A stretch of DNA of 64,000 nt. It comes from an uncultured Bacteroidales bacterium (lineage in GTDB: Bacteria; Bacteroidota; Bacteroidia; Bacteroidales; VadinHA17). The translations under genes and the position numbers were made by a program. Shown here piece by piece: positions 17,896 through 27,715 of the stretch. Location of the stretch: positions 344,151 through 408,150 of the forward strand of contig CAVOWZ010000001.1 in assembly GCA_963700275.1 (NCBI GenBank), in the 5' to 3' direction. The notes below the pieces were generated by a model that searched no databases, had not been told where the DNA came from, and saw only the letters and a program-made list of their open reading frames with translations. Numbering within the stretch: the stretch's first letter is position 1; each line of letters begins with the position of its first letter.

Positions 17896-19410
17896 TTAAA
17901 GATCATTACCACAATATGACAGATTAAAGCTTTTATTGCACACCGGGAAATCGGATATTTCCTGGTTACGTACAGCAAGTGCCAGAGCCATCCAGTTATG
18001 AAGTGAAGGATCCTTTATCTTATATCCGACAATCTTCCCTATATTATCGGTCATTGCAATATGACAAATCTCACCTCTCCATCCCTCCACAATTGAAACG
18101 GCAAGTGATCCGGGCTTTAAATCATAATCATAGACTGGTTTAGCTGATACTTTGTTTTTCCTTTTCCTGATATCAATAAGATCCCTGATGATCCTTACAG
18201 ATTCGCGGAATTCAAGATTCCGTATCATGGCCCTCGCCAGCACATCACCCGATTCAAGAATGACAGGAGAAACTGGAAATTCCCTGAAATACTGAAATGG
18301 ATGTGAGTTCCTGATATCCCTTTTGAGACCGGAGGTACGTGCAGCCATTCCTACAGCGCCAATGGCCAATGCCTGTTCCTTTGTAACCTGGCCGATATCT
18401 TCAAATCGTGCAAGGACACTGGGTAATGAAAAGATCAGGGCGGTAATCTCACCAAACCGTTTTTCTGTCTCGCCGAGAACTTTCAGGATCGCATCTGAAA
18501 CTTCATCAGTCAACGGATAATTACTTCCTCCCGGTCTTATAAGTCCTTTCCCGAACCGGTTCCCGCACCACAGCTGGGTAGTATTGATTATCAAGGTCCT
18601 GAGAGCCTCGCAGACCACCTGGCCAAGCTGATAGGCAACATCACCACAGAGAGCGGCAGTATCGCCGATATGGATCGCTATTCTTTCCATCTCAAGAGCA
18701 ATGCACCGTTCGATCTGTAATGATTCGCCTGACTGAATGCCGGCCAGAGATTCAATAAGTTGCGAATGAGCCAGAGCATGTCCGGCAGAGGTATCTCCCG
18801 CAATGCTTTCAGAAAGAATACATCTCTGCAAAGCATTGTCCTTTTGAATAAAGAGTTTTTCAATTCCGCGGTGCTGATATCCCAGCTGAATTTCGAGGTG
18901 AAGCACCTTTTCTCCATTGCAGATAAACCTGAAATGCCCCGGTTCAATAACTCCTGCATGAACTGGCCCCACTCCCACCTCATGTAATTCTTCGCTCTCA
19001 ATAGAATAAAAAGGATAACCAGCCATAGCTGTGTTAATGGCATTATCATGGGGATATCGTACAGGCTTCAGCCAGGGATGGCCCATGAATTTTACTCCCG
19101 GGTTTTCATGGATCTCTCTTTCAAAAATATGAAGCTCTGAACAGTATGGCGTTAATGATGGCAGCGAAGGATTATTACTGTTTAGTCTATGAGAAAAAAT
19201 CTTAATATTCCTTTCAGAATCATTGGCGATGAAGCAATAAAATATCAGGTCTCCCTCTTTCCCGACTGTAAAATAATTCAGACAATGGTTCTCTTCCGCT
19301 TTCAGCAAATCTTTCACCGCTCCTGTAAAATCATCGTAGTTTAAAAGAGGTATCTGCTGAAGATCAACCGGGTATGCATTATTTTGTATTTCGGAATATT
19401 TCTGGGTCAT
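17896..19410 (-). CDS. Group-4 [NiFe]-hydrogenase large-subunit homologue (HycE/HyfG, NuoC+NuoD-like) lacking NiFe cysteines
   Basis: HEVGVGPVHAGVIEPGHFRF and LGYQHRGIEKL match the HycE family. There is no CxxC anywhere in the 504 aa. Confidence 0.85.
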   Translation of the reverse strand: MTQKYSEIQNNAYPVDLQQIPLLNYDDFTGAVKDLLKAEENHCLNYFTVGKEGDLIFYCFIANDSERNIKIFSHRLNSNNPSLPSLTPYCSELHIFEREIHENPGVKFMGHPWLKPVRYPHDNAINTAMAGYPFYSIESEELHEVGVGPVHAGVIEPGHFRFICNGEKVLHLEIQLGYQHRGIEKLFIQKDNALQRCILSESIAGDTSAGHALAHSQLIESLAGIQSGESLQIERCIALEMERIAIHIGDTAALCGDVAYQLGQVVCEALRTLIINTTQLWCGNRFGKGLIRPGGSNYPLTDEVSDAILKVLGETEKRFGEITALIFSLPSVLARFEDIGQVTKEQALAIGAVGMAARTSGLKRDIRNSHPFQYFREFPVSPVILESGDVLARAMIRNLEFRESVRIIRDLIDIRKRKNKVSAKPVYDYDLKPGSLAVSIVEGWRGEICHIAMTDNIGKIVGYKIKDPSLHNWMALALAVRNQEISDFPVCNKSFNLSYCGNDL

Positions 19411-19419
19411 TAATTTGTT

Positions 19420-20847
19420 CTATTTAGGCAGTATTGAAATGCTCTGGTTTATCAGTTCAGTAAGAAACTGAGGATGATAGAAGCAAAGGATGATCACAGC
19501 GCCAAGAAGTATAAACTGGCTTAATGCTTCGATTGATTTCACGCCGGAAGAAGAAAATGAGGCCGGAAGTGTACGGGGTTCTGAAAATATTATATGCATG
19601 ACCCTGGTACTCATTGCATAAACTACGAAACAAAGGAGAATTACAGAAATGATCAGAACAAGCCACTGATCATTAAAGACCATACCTTTAATGATCATTA
19701 CTTCCGAAATGAACAATCCGGAGGGAGGAATGGCAAGAACGCAGATCATGCCGGTCAGTAGTACCATTGCACCAGCAGGGTAGAGTTGCATGTACCTGCC
19801 AGTCTCATCAAGTTTGAAAGTATGAAGAACTCTTGACAGCTGTCCCATCTGAAAGAAGAGGCTTGATTTGGCAAATGAATGCAGTACAATAAGGAAAAAT
19901 GCTGCATACCAGCCGGCACCGCCGACTCCGATGGCAATAGCCACGAGTCCCATATTCTCGAGACTGGAATAAGCAAGCATCCTTTTAAGGTGTTTAGCCT
20001 TGAGCATATATCCTGCGGCCATTAACAGGGAGAGAACTCCTGAAAGGATAAGAACATTATTCATAAATGACAGAATGGATGAAGATGAAAATAATGTATA
20101 TACCCTGAAGATAGCCAGGAAACCGACATTCATTAATGTAGTGGAAATTAATGCACTGATAGGAGGCGGTGCAACAGAATGCGCATCAATTGTAACTGTA
20201 TGCATCGGAAATAGTCCCATCTTGGTGCTGAAACCTATTACCACAAATACAAAAGCTATTTTCAGATACATGGGGTTGGCTTCATTTATTATATTTTCAA
20301 GTGATGAAAAGGAAAGGCTGGCGGCGTCTTCCCGTCCATAAATGAATCCGAGGAAAAGTATTCCAAGATAAGCCAGAGAAATCCCTACAGAGCAGATGAA
20401 TACATATTTCCAGGTAGCCTCAAGCGCTGTTTCAGTCCTGTCGTGATAGATCAGAACAGCTACAGCCAGTGTTGTGGCTTCAACAAAGATCCACAATACA
20501 GTCATTCCGTTTGCCAGATAGGCTCCCGACATAAAAGTCATCAGGGCTATGAGCGCTGAATGATAGATGTTATATCGCTTAATTTCATCCTGAGCCGCAT
20601 AGATGAATCCATGATAGATAACAGGTATTACAAGTACCGAAAGGACAGCCAGTAACATTACACCCGTACTTGTAAATGTAAAATAAACCAGCTCTGTTGT
20701 ATTTATATTAATAAAGCTGTAAGCTGAAAGGGCGATATGCATGACAGCATATGAAATTACAAGAATCCGTGTTACCGCTTTGTTCCTGAACACAAAGATC
20801 AGTCCGCAGAATAAAAAGGATATTATAAAAAACAATAACAGTATCAT
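19420..20847 (-). CDS. Antiporter-like membrane subunit (HyfF / NuoN / MrpD family)
   Basis: 475-aa polytopic protein with the proton-pumping subunit pattern (...LAYSSLENMG...), within the hyf-like operon. Confidence 0.8.
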   Translation of the reverse strand: MILLLFFIISFLFCGLIFVFRNKAVTRILVISYAVMHIALSAYSFININTTELVYFTFTSTGVMLLAVLSVLVIPVIYHGFIYAAQDEIKRYNIYHSALIALMTFMSGAYLANGMTVLWIFVEATTLAVAVLIYHDRTETALEATWKYVFICSVGISLAYLGILFLGFIYGREDAASLSFSSLENIINEANPMYLKIAFVFVVIGFSTKMGLFPMHTVTIDAHSVAPPPISALISTTLMNVGFLAIFRVYTLFSSSSILSFMNNVLILSGVLSLLMAAGYMLKAKHLKRMLAYSSLENMGLVAIAIGVGGAGWYAAFFLIVLHSFAKSSLFFQMGQLSRVLHTFKLDETGRYMQLYPAGAMVLLTGMICVLAIPPSGLFISEVMIIKGMVFNDQWLVLIISVILLCFVVYAMSTRVMHIIFSEPRTLPASFSSSGVKSIEALSQFILLGAVIILCFYHPQFLTELINQSISILPK

Positions 20848-20850
20848 CAG

Positions 20851-21465
20851 TTAATCTTTTAACCTGGTTAGTTCATTTGTATTTGGTCTGAGCTTCAGAC
20901 CAAAAAAGCCCAGGATCAGTACTCCGACAAATATATCAAGCAAAATTCCTATGTTGATGAGCATGGGCATGCTGTTCCCCACCGCCAGAGAGAAAATGAA
21001 TACAGCATTTTCAATTATCAGAAAACCTATCAGGTGTGAAATTATAAGGCGATGCGTTACAATGAGCAACAGGCCGGTAAACAGTGTAAAGAGCGCTATT
21101 GTCATGAATATTGTATTGACGAACTGGTTGACAAGTGATCTGGAAAGTATCACACTGATCAGCAATGCTGCAATTGAAAAGAGGAGTAAATAAAAACCCG
21201 GCATTGCCTGACGGTGAACCTTGGTTACACCTGAACGGTCTATGATCCATTTAAGAAGATAAGGGATGAGTATAGTTTTGAAAAGCAAAGTCTCGGCAAC
21301 GATAAAGATAAGATTGGCTGTATTGACCTCTCGGAGCTCAAACAGTGCGATTCCACATAATAAAAGCCCCTGTAGTCCTATCAGTCGTATATAAATTATA
21401 AGCCTCTCTGCGGATGCAAAATATACAAGTGTAATTGCGAATAATACTATCAGGTAAGGTATCAT
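20851..21465 (-). CDS. HyfE-like small membrane subunit
   Basis: 204-aa hydrophobic protein. Its position between the HycD-like and HyfF-like genes matches hyf operon order. Confidence 0.65.
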   Translation of the reverse strand: MIPYLIVLFAITLVYFASAERLIIYIRLIGLQGLLLCGIALFELREVNTANLIFIVAETLLFKTILIPYLLKWIIDRSGVTKVHRQAMPGFYLLLFSIAALLISVILSRSLVNQFVNTIFMTIALFTLFTGLLLIVTHRLIISHLIGFLIIENAVFIFSLAVGNSMPMLINIGILLDIFVGVLILGFFGLKLRPNTNELTRLKD

Positions 21466-21469
21466 CCGT

Positions 21470-22381
21470 TCAGATCAGTTTATCGGTTGATATGAGGATT
21501 ATTACAAAAGCCAGCAGAGCAATAAAAGAAAGGGTAAGAATGAATTTGGGATTCTTATTCATCTTATTACGGGCCCTGAATGACTCCGTGAGACCAATTA
21601 TCAGTGCAAACAGAACCTGAATTGCAAGAAACAGTCCGATCTGGAGAAAAATATTCCAGCCCGCAGGGACTATTACATTAAATATCAGAGTGCCATATAT
21701 CGCAAATTTCAGATATGTTCCTATGTGAATAAGAGCTTTATCGAAACCGCTGTTATCAAGTATCATCACCTCGTGGATCATTGTAAGTTCAAGGTGAGTC
21801 TTAGGATCGTCGACCGGCAGTCTGCTGTTTTCAATAAGGGCTATCTGAAGCAGTAAATAGAATCCCAGTATCCCATAGATCAGCACATACTGGCTTCCGG
21901 AAATATAAAAATGACTGAATATTTCCGTGAAGGAAGTATACCCTGTCAGCATTGCGAAAGTGCCCATCAGTATGAAAAATGCCGGTTCAAGAAGCATTGA
22001 GAAGAATGCTTCGCGATTGGCGCCCATACCTTCAAAACTGCTTCCGGTATCAAGGGCTGCAATTATCATAAAGAATTTGCCCAAAGCAAGCATGTAAGAA
22101 AAAAATACAAAATCGCCATCGAAGGATATCAGGGAATTCTGATTGGCAAAGGGGATAAGCAGGGCGGCGCAGAAAATTGAAGAAAGTGTCACAACAGGTG
22201 CGATCTGAAAGATTATCCCGCTTGTGGTGCTGAAAACGCTACCCTTTCTCAGAAGGACAATAATATCGCGAACAGGCTGCAATATCCCGGGACCTTTCCT
22301 TCCTGAAGAAATACTCTTTGTTCTCAGAATAACTCCGGGAAACAGAAAGGAGACGAAAACTATAAGTAAAATCCCGGACAT
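21470..22381 (-). CDS. HycD/HyfC/NuoH-like membrane subunit
   Basis: 303-aa polytopic protein with a NuoH-type profile, in a tight operon. Confidence 0.75.
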   Translation of the reverse strand: MSGILLIVFVSFLFPGVILRTKSISSGRKGPGILQPVRDIIVLLRKGSVFSTTSGIIFQIAPVVTLSSIFCAALLIPFANQNSLISFDGDFVFFSYMLALGKFFMIIAALDTGSSFEGMGANREAFFSMLLEPAFFILMGTFAMLTGYTSFTEIFSHFYISGSQYVLIYGILGFYLLLQIALIENSRLPVDDPKTHLELTMIHEVMILDNSGFDKALIHIGTYLKFAIYGTLIFNVIVPAGWNIFLQIGLFLAIQVLFALIIGLTESFRARNKMNKNPKFILTLSFIALLAFVIILISTDKLI

Positions 22382-22383
22382 TT

Positions 22384-24375
22384 TCAGATAATCTTTAAAT
22401 AAGTCAGTAAAAAAACAACCAGCATAAAAATAAAGGCATACAGGATGTAGTGTTGTATAAGTCCGGTCTGCATCACAGCTATTTTTTTAAGAAGATCAGA
22501 AATCCATCCCATTGGTTTGTCAATAAGAAGCTTTTTAATAATATCATCGCTCTGTGATTCGAAGGTTCTCCCGGCAGGAAAAATCTCATCCTGTCCGATC
22601 TCCTTCATAATTTTCTTTGTCTGCAGAAGAGGCTTTGCAAGGTGATTGTAATTATATGCAAATGATGTTGAGGTATATTGTTGTCTGGCAGATGGGGCAG
22701 TATATCCGCATCCCCAAGTAGGTCCGGCAGTAACCTGTCTTAACTTCAGGTGATAGTGCCGGTAAATAAGCATTGCTGTGACGGAAAGCAAAAATATACC
22801 GCTCAGAATACTGATCATGGCAAGGTTATTAAGCGCCGGTCCGTATGTAATTGCCAGGCCGGGAAGGCTGAATGCTTCTGTAACTATTCCGGTTAAAGGC
22901 TTTACGAACCATACAGATGCAAGTCCGATCAGTAAAATAAACACAACAGGTATTATCTGGGGCAAAAGCATGATCCGTGAGACTTCGGAAGCTTTTGAAG
23001 CTTTTTCTGAACGGGCTTCACCCAGGAATGCGATCCCGAATGCTTTTGTAAAGCAAAATATTGCAAGTCCGCCTATAAGGGAAAGTCCGGCGATAACAAC
23101 TATCAGCATGATTGACTGGTAAAGATTTGAAGCTGACAGACTGTTAAACATCCCCATATAAATAAGGTATTCTGATATAAATCCGTTAAAAGGGGGTAAA
23201 CCGCAGATTGCAAGGGAGCCGATCAGGAACAATGCTGCGGTGTATGGCATCTTCTTCATCAGTCCGCCCAGGTTCTCTATATTTCTGGTATGTGCAGCCT
23301 GATAAACGGATCCGGCGCTGAAGAAAAGCAGCGATTTGAACAGAGAATGATTCAGCACATGTAATAATCCGCCGCTGAAACCGCAAAGAGCGAGAAGATT
23401 ATTGTTTGTTGCAATGCCGATTACACCTGTTCCGATACCTATTCCGATTATTCCGATGTTCTCAATGCTGTGATAAGCAAGAAGCCGTTTCAGGTCGTGC
23501 TGTACAATTGCCATCATCACCCCCAGAACACCTGAGATAAGGGAAATGACCAGGATTATCACTCCGATCAGAAGAAGATCGTGCTGTAAAGGTATAATGA
23601 CCCTGATTATTCCGTAAATACCCATTTTGATCATTACACCCGACATTACACCCGATACATGGGAAGGGGCTGCAGGATGAGCCTCAGGAAGCCATGTATG
23701 CAAAGGAATAAAACCAGCTTTAATTGCAAATCCGATGAAGAAAAGCATGAAAAGAAGGATGTTTGAATTACCGGAAAAATAAAGTTCCAGAGCATCAAAA
23801 CTCATTTTGCCGGTTGCCCTTTCAACCAGTAAGAAGGCAATTAACAGGAAAAACATACCGGCGTGCATCTGGATCAGATAGCTGATACCAGTCTTCATGA
23901 TTGACCGTTTTTCCGCTTCAAAAATCACAAGAAAAAAGGAAGACAGCGCCATTATTTCCCATGCTATCAGAAAATACAGACCACTGCGTAACATAACTAC
24001 CATAAGCATTGATAAACATAGCCACAGGTAGGAGAAATAATGTATCGAGAAGCGCAGATTTTTACTGCTTTGTTCATAGGGTGCAAGGTATCCCCTGGCA
24101 TAAAGAAATCCGGTAAAAACTGTTATATTTATAACAATAATAAAAAACGCTGAAAGCCTGTCGATAATAAATATTAAACTCTCACCGGGAAAATCGAAGG
24201 GAGCATTTATTTTTATCAGTCCGTCACTTCCGGAAAATATCTGAAAACTCCAGAATGTTGTCAGTAAAACAATACTTAAGAGCAGAAAAAGAGTATAGTA
24301 GTATTTTAAGGATCGCGGGATTATAAAAATGGCAAACGACAGGAAAATGATTAGCAGAAACAAAATGGCACTCAT
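22384..24375 (-). CDS. HyfB/HycC/NuoL-like antiporter subunit
   Basis: WEIMALSSFFLV, LAYHSIENIG and a C-terminal GPTWGCGY region as in HycC/HyfB. Start moved to MSAILFLL (ATG at 24375) to avoid overlap with the divergent gene. Confidence 0.8.
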   Translation of the reverse strand: MSAILFLLIIFLSFAIFIIPRSLKYYYTLFLLLSIVLLTTFWSFQIFSGSDGLIKINAPFDFPGESLIFIIDRLSAFFIIVINITVFTGFLYARGYLAPYEQSSKNLRFSIHYFSYLWLCLSMLMVVMLRSGLYFLIAWEIMALSSFFLVIFEAEKRSIMKTGISYLIQMHAGMFFLLIAFLLVERATGKMSFDALELYFSGNSNILLFMLFFIGFAIKAGFIPLHTWLPEAHPAAPSHVSGVMSGVMIKMGIYGIIRVIIPLQHDLLLIGVIILVISLISGVLGVMMAIVQHDLKRLLAYHSIENIGIIGIGIGTGVIGIATNNNLLALCGFSGGLLHVLNHSLFKSLLFFSAGSVYQAAHTRNIENLGGLMKKMPYTAALFLIGSLAICGLPPFNGFISEYLIYMGMFNSLSASNLYQSIMLIVVIAGLSLIGGLAIFCFTKAFGIAFLGEARSEKASKASEVSRIMLLPQIIPVVFILLIGLASVWFVKPLTGIVTEAFSLPGLAITYGPALNNLAMISILSGIFLLSVTAMLIYRHYHLKLRQVTAGPTWGCGYTAPSARQQYTSTSFAYNYNHLAKPLLQTKKIMKEIGQDEIFPAGRTFESQSDDIIKKLLIDKPMGWISDLLKKIAVMQTGLIQHYILYAFIFMLVVFLLTYLKII

Positions 24376-24430
24376 CGGTATATTTAAATGATTGCGATTG
24401 GTGGCGCAAAAGTAAAAAAAAATCAAATAA

Positions 24431-26275
24431 ATGCTCAATAAGCGGGAAATAAAGATCGACAGCCTCAATGAAAGTGTGTGGGGAGACCGGTATTCAGATA
24501 ATAAACCACTTATAAAGAAAGCCTTACGTTTACTGAAAGATGCGGGTAAGATAAACTATTCAAGGGGAATTGCTTATGCAAATCTGAATATTGCAGCACT
24601 GAATTTTCTGAATTCAAGGAATGATGCTGCACTCAAATCTCTGTCAGATTCATTTCAATGGTTCAGGAACAAAAAGAAGGAAAAAGGATATGTTCGCTAC
24701 CTCCTTTTAAAGGGAAATATCCTTGAAAGCTTCGGTCATTATGATAAGACTTTAAAGTTATGGCTTGAAGCATATAATATCTCCCGCGAAACAGAAGACA
24801 GGGAATCTGAGGCAGAAGCATGTAATCAGCTTGGCCTGATATGGCTGAGGCTGGGTAATTATAAAAGATCACTGGAATTTTTTAACAAGGGGCTTGAAAT
24901 AAGGGAGATCCTTCATGATGAAAATGCCCTTGCCTCTTCCTGTAACAGGATCGGTATGGTTCTGAGAGAAATGAAAAAATATAATGAGTCGATCGATTAT
25001 TACTTCAGGAGCCTAGAAATAAGAAAAAGGAATAATCAGACCTCGGCAATTCAGTGGACTCTTCTGGGCATTGCAAGCACATATGAAAGAATGAAGAAAT
25101 TCCCGGAATCCCTTGGCTATTATGAACAGGGAGCCAGGGATGGCGACAGGCGATGCATGCTTCAGTGCATAATGGGTGCAGGTCGTGTGCAAAGCCGTCT
25201 GGGAAATGCTGATGATGCGGAACAGAAACTTAAGGAAGCTCTCAGGATTGCAGGGGAGCTGAAATCACTTGCGCTTATGGCAGAGGCTCATCTTGCTTTA
25301 GCGAATCACTATGAACTGAATAAGCAACCTCTGAAAGCATTGAGAAGCTTCAGACACTATTTGAAATCCAGGGAAGCGTTTCAAAGTAAAGTAATGCAGA
25401 ACCGGCTCAGCAGTATTGAAGTAGCACACGCAATTGAAAAATCGGAACAGGAAAGAGAGATTTACAGGCTAAAGCATGTTGAACTGAAAACCGCTTATGA
25501 CATCATTGATGAAAAAAATAAGGATATAACTGCCAATATCAGCTATGCAAGCCGCATCCAGATGGCAGTTCTTCCGGATCCCGGCGAAATACCCGTTATG
25601 AAGAAAAATTGCTTTATCCTTTATATCCCGAAAGATGTGATAGGAGGTGATTTTTACTGGTTTTCAGGGATAGACGACAAACATGTGATCGTTGTTGCCG
25701 ATTGTACTGGTCATGGAGTGCCAGGCGCACTGATGAGCATTCTCGGGATTTCCTTTCTTGAAGAAATAATAAACAACAGAAGGATCACCGAACCCGATCT
25801 GATACTTAATGAACTAAGCCTGAAGGTGATATCAGCCCTGAAACAAAAAGGTGAGAGAAATGAAACAAAAGACGGTATGGATATCTCTGTCTGCGTAATA
25901 GACCGGGTTAAGAGTTCACTTCAGTTTTCAGGAGCTCATAATAATCTTTACCTGATAAGCAACAAAGAGCTGAAAGAATACAGTGCCGACCGGTTATCGG
26001 TAGGGTATTCTGATGAACCCGGAGCCACTTTCTCGAGTCAGACAATCGGCATCAGCCGCGGCGATATTATTTATATGTCTACAGATGGCTATACCGATCA
26101 GTTTGGAGGTAAAGAGCATAAACGATATAAGTCGCAGGCTTTCAAATCGCTGCTGCTGAAAATTCATGACAGGCCGCTGCCGGAGCAGAAGAAAAGGCTG
26201 GAGAAGGAGTTTAACCGCTGGAAAGGAAAGAATATTCAGACTGACGATGTCCTTGTATTAGGAATGATCCTGTAA
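24431..26275 (+). CDS. TPR-repeat protein with a C-terminal SpoIIE/PP2C-type serine phosphatase domain
   Basis: Multiple TPR-like repeats, then SRIQMAVLP, GGDFYWF, VADCTGHGVPGALMS and DGYTDQFGG. Confidence 0.8.
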   Translation: MLNKREIKIDSLNESVWGDRYSDNKPLIKKALRLLKDAGKINYSRGIAYANLNIAALNFLNSRNDAALKSLSDSFQWFRNKKKEKGYVRYLLLKGNILESFGHYDKTLKLWLEAYNISRETEDRESEAEACNQLGLIWLRLGNYKRSLEFFNKGLEIREILHDENALASSCNRIGMVLREMKKYNESIDYYFRSLEIRKRNNQTSAIQWTLLGIASTYERMKKFPESLGYYEQGARDGDRRCMLQCIMGAGRVQSRLGNADDAEQKLKEALRIAGELKSLALMAEAHLALANHYELNKQPLKALRSFRHYLKSREAFQSKVMQNRLSSIEVAHAIEKSEQEREIYRLKHVELKTAYDIIDEKNKDITANISYASRIQMAVLPDPGEIPVMKKNCFILYIPKDVIGGDFYWFSGIDDKHVIVVADCTGHGVPGALMSILGISFLEEIINNRRITEPDLILNELSLKVISALKQKGERNETKDGMDISVCVIDRVKSSLQFSGAHNNLYLISNKELKEYSADRLSVGYSDEPGATFSSQTIGISRGDIIYMSTDGYTDQFGGKEHKRYKSQAFKSLLLKIHDRPLPEQKKRLEKEFNRWKGKNIQTDDVLVLGMIL

Positions 26276-26295
26276 TCTAACCTGGTTTATTCATG

Positions 26296-26427
26296 AAAAA
26301 GTTAAAAGACAAATGTAAAAAGATAAATGTCAGGCAATTGTAACACACAATTATCGATTTTTCCTCTGAAATCATCCGATTTGTAATGTTTTGCCTTTTG
26401 TCTTTAAACTTTTATCTTTTGTCTTAT
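26296..26427. repeat. Imperfect inverted repeat of the aaagacaaa word family
   Basis: Left arm aaaagttaaaagacaaatgtaaaaagataaatgtcaggca, right arm tgccttttgtctttaaacttttatcttttgtctta. Lies between convergent gene ends. Confidence 0.65.
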
Positions 26428-26432
26428 TGAAC

Positions 26433-26657
26433 TTATGGCAAGTCTTTCTTTTTTCTGAATTTGATTACAATATCATTGATCAGGCTCCCGGCAATGAATC
26501 CGAGCAATCCTCCGTAAAGTGTGCTCCAGTACCAGACAGATTTTATGGGACAGGTTCCGGAGAGACAACCAACGTATTTCCAATAGATGAAGCCTCCTAT
26601 GGCGCCGGCTGATGCAAAAATTATTAACAGAATATTCTTTTTTATAAGTTCTTTCAT
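26433..26657 (-). CDS. Small two-TM membrane protein with a GCLSGTCPI motif (DUF6132-like)
   Basis: 74 aa with two hydrophobic helices flanking a CxxGxC motif. The family assignment is from memory only. Confidence 0.5.
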   Translation of the reverse strand: MKELIKKNILLIIFASAGAIGGFIYWKYVGCLSGTCPIKSVWYWSTLYGGLLGFIAGSLINDIVIKFRKKKDLP

Positions 26658-26789
26658 CGTTTTGTCAGCTATAATTACAGTATAGCAAAATTGTGTCCCT
26701 CAAAAGTAGTGCATAATTCTGAATAGATGGGACGATTATGCTGCAATACGCTCTTTTTTTGAATTTTTCGAACGAAAGGAGCCGACCAG

Positions 26790-26945
26790 ACTGGCAACCT
26801 GGTTATTCAACCGGCTAAAAGCCACATTGCTTGGAAAATCCGTAACTGTCGTATATACAGGATCGCCGCTTCCCGAGCCGTCATTGTTTATATCATAGTC
26901 CTGCTACCAGAACGTCATTGCCACTGCTAAAAGTTATGAACGATG
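26790..26945 (-). pseudogene. Short diverged RHS-core fragment
   Basis: Minus-strand translation DYDINNDGSGSGDPVYTTVTDFPSNVAFSRLNNQ parallels DYDINNDGSANYTYTTDADFPNNSAFGRLRNK of the large RHS ORF. No start codon, and flanked by stops. Confidence 0.6.
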
Positions 26946-27024
26946 CTGTGAGGGGCATTTTGTTACAATTAGCAGATTCAATGATCATAGTAAAGCTGAT
27001 GTAAGGTTTGATCCTGAGGATAAT

Positions 27025-27285
27025 ATGTCAGATTACGACATTGAGAAGTTCATTTCTTATATTATTACCCTGTTTAGCAACTTGCATAGCTTTTCTCCTG
27101 TAATAGCAACCGCTCACAAATTATATGCTCCAATAGGTTCGGAGGGAAAAAAGGAAATTGACTTTGTTTATGTACCTCAACTAATCCCTTTCGATCAGGG
27201 AGATCCTCCAGACAAAAAAAGAAGAAACATTGATAAAGCAATACTGGACGCAGCAGCTATCGTAAAAGAGTATCTCCCTGCTTGA
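27025..27285 (+). CDS. Hypothetical protein
   Basis: 86-aa ORF followed by a clean hairpin terminator. No recognisable motif. Confidence 0.35.
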   Translation: MSDYDIEKFISYIITLFSNLHSFSPVIATAHKLYAPIGSEGKKEIDFVYVPQLIPFDQGDPPDKKRRNIDKAILDAAAIVKEYLPA

Positions 27286-27296
27286 GACTTAATATA

Positions 27297-27331
27297 AAAA
27301 CAAAACCCGGTTCAACGCCGGATTTTGTTTT
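27297..27331. terminator. Bidirectional intrinsic terminator hairpin
   Basis: aaaacaaaacccgg-ttcaacg-ccggattttgtttt between convergent ORFs. Confidence 0.7.
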
Positions 27332-27361
27332 ATTGTTCAATAACGATGCAAAAACTCATTA

Positions 27362-27715
27362 TCATTCCTGTGGTTTAACATAATACTTTATAGAAAACTT
27401 TTCTGATTTTTTATTACCACGCACATCAATGTACTCAACGATACCGCTATATGACTTCTCTCCAGACCTTTTACTTGCTGCTCTGAGTATTGCACATTTT
27501 TTTATCGTATCAATTGGAAGCCAAGATGTATCTGACCCCCTAATTATTTTAAATGCGGGTAAAAAGCCCTTATGGTAGGGCACATATAATTCCGCTATAA
27601 AATCAGTGCCATACTTAATGGTATCACCGTTTGTTTTTATTTCTATTTCAGTTGCTTGCTGTTTACCACAAGAAATAATTAATAAAATAATCAACCAAAA
27701 GCCTGCTTTTTTCAT
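27362..27715 (-). CDS. Lipoprotein, putative immunity protein for the orphan RHS toxin
   Basis: Signal and lipobox LLIISC. Its start overlaps the upstream toxin stop (ATGA), the usual toxin-immunity coupling. Confidence 0.55.
   Translation of the reverse strand: MKKAGFWLIILLIISCGKQQATEIEIKTNGDTIKYGTDFIAELYVPYHKGFLPAFKIIRGSDTSWLPIDTIKKCAILRAASKRSGEKSYSGIVEYIDVRGNKKSEKFSIKYYVKPQE

Noticed and set aside
24376-24468. Overlap of the HyfB-like ORF with the divergent TPR-SpoIIE gene
   Set aside because: This is an artefact of taking the longest ORF. The internal start MSAILFLL (24375) removes the overlap and begins the first TM helix.
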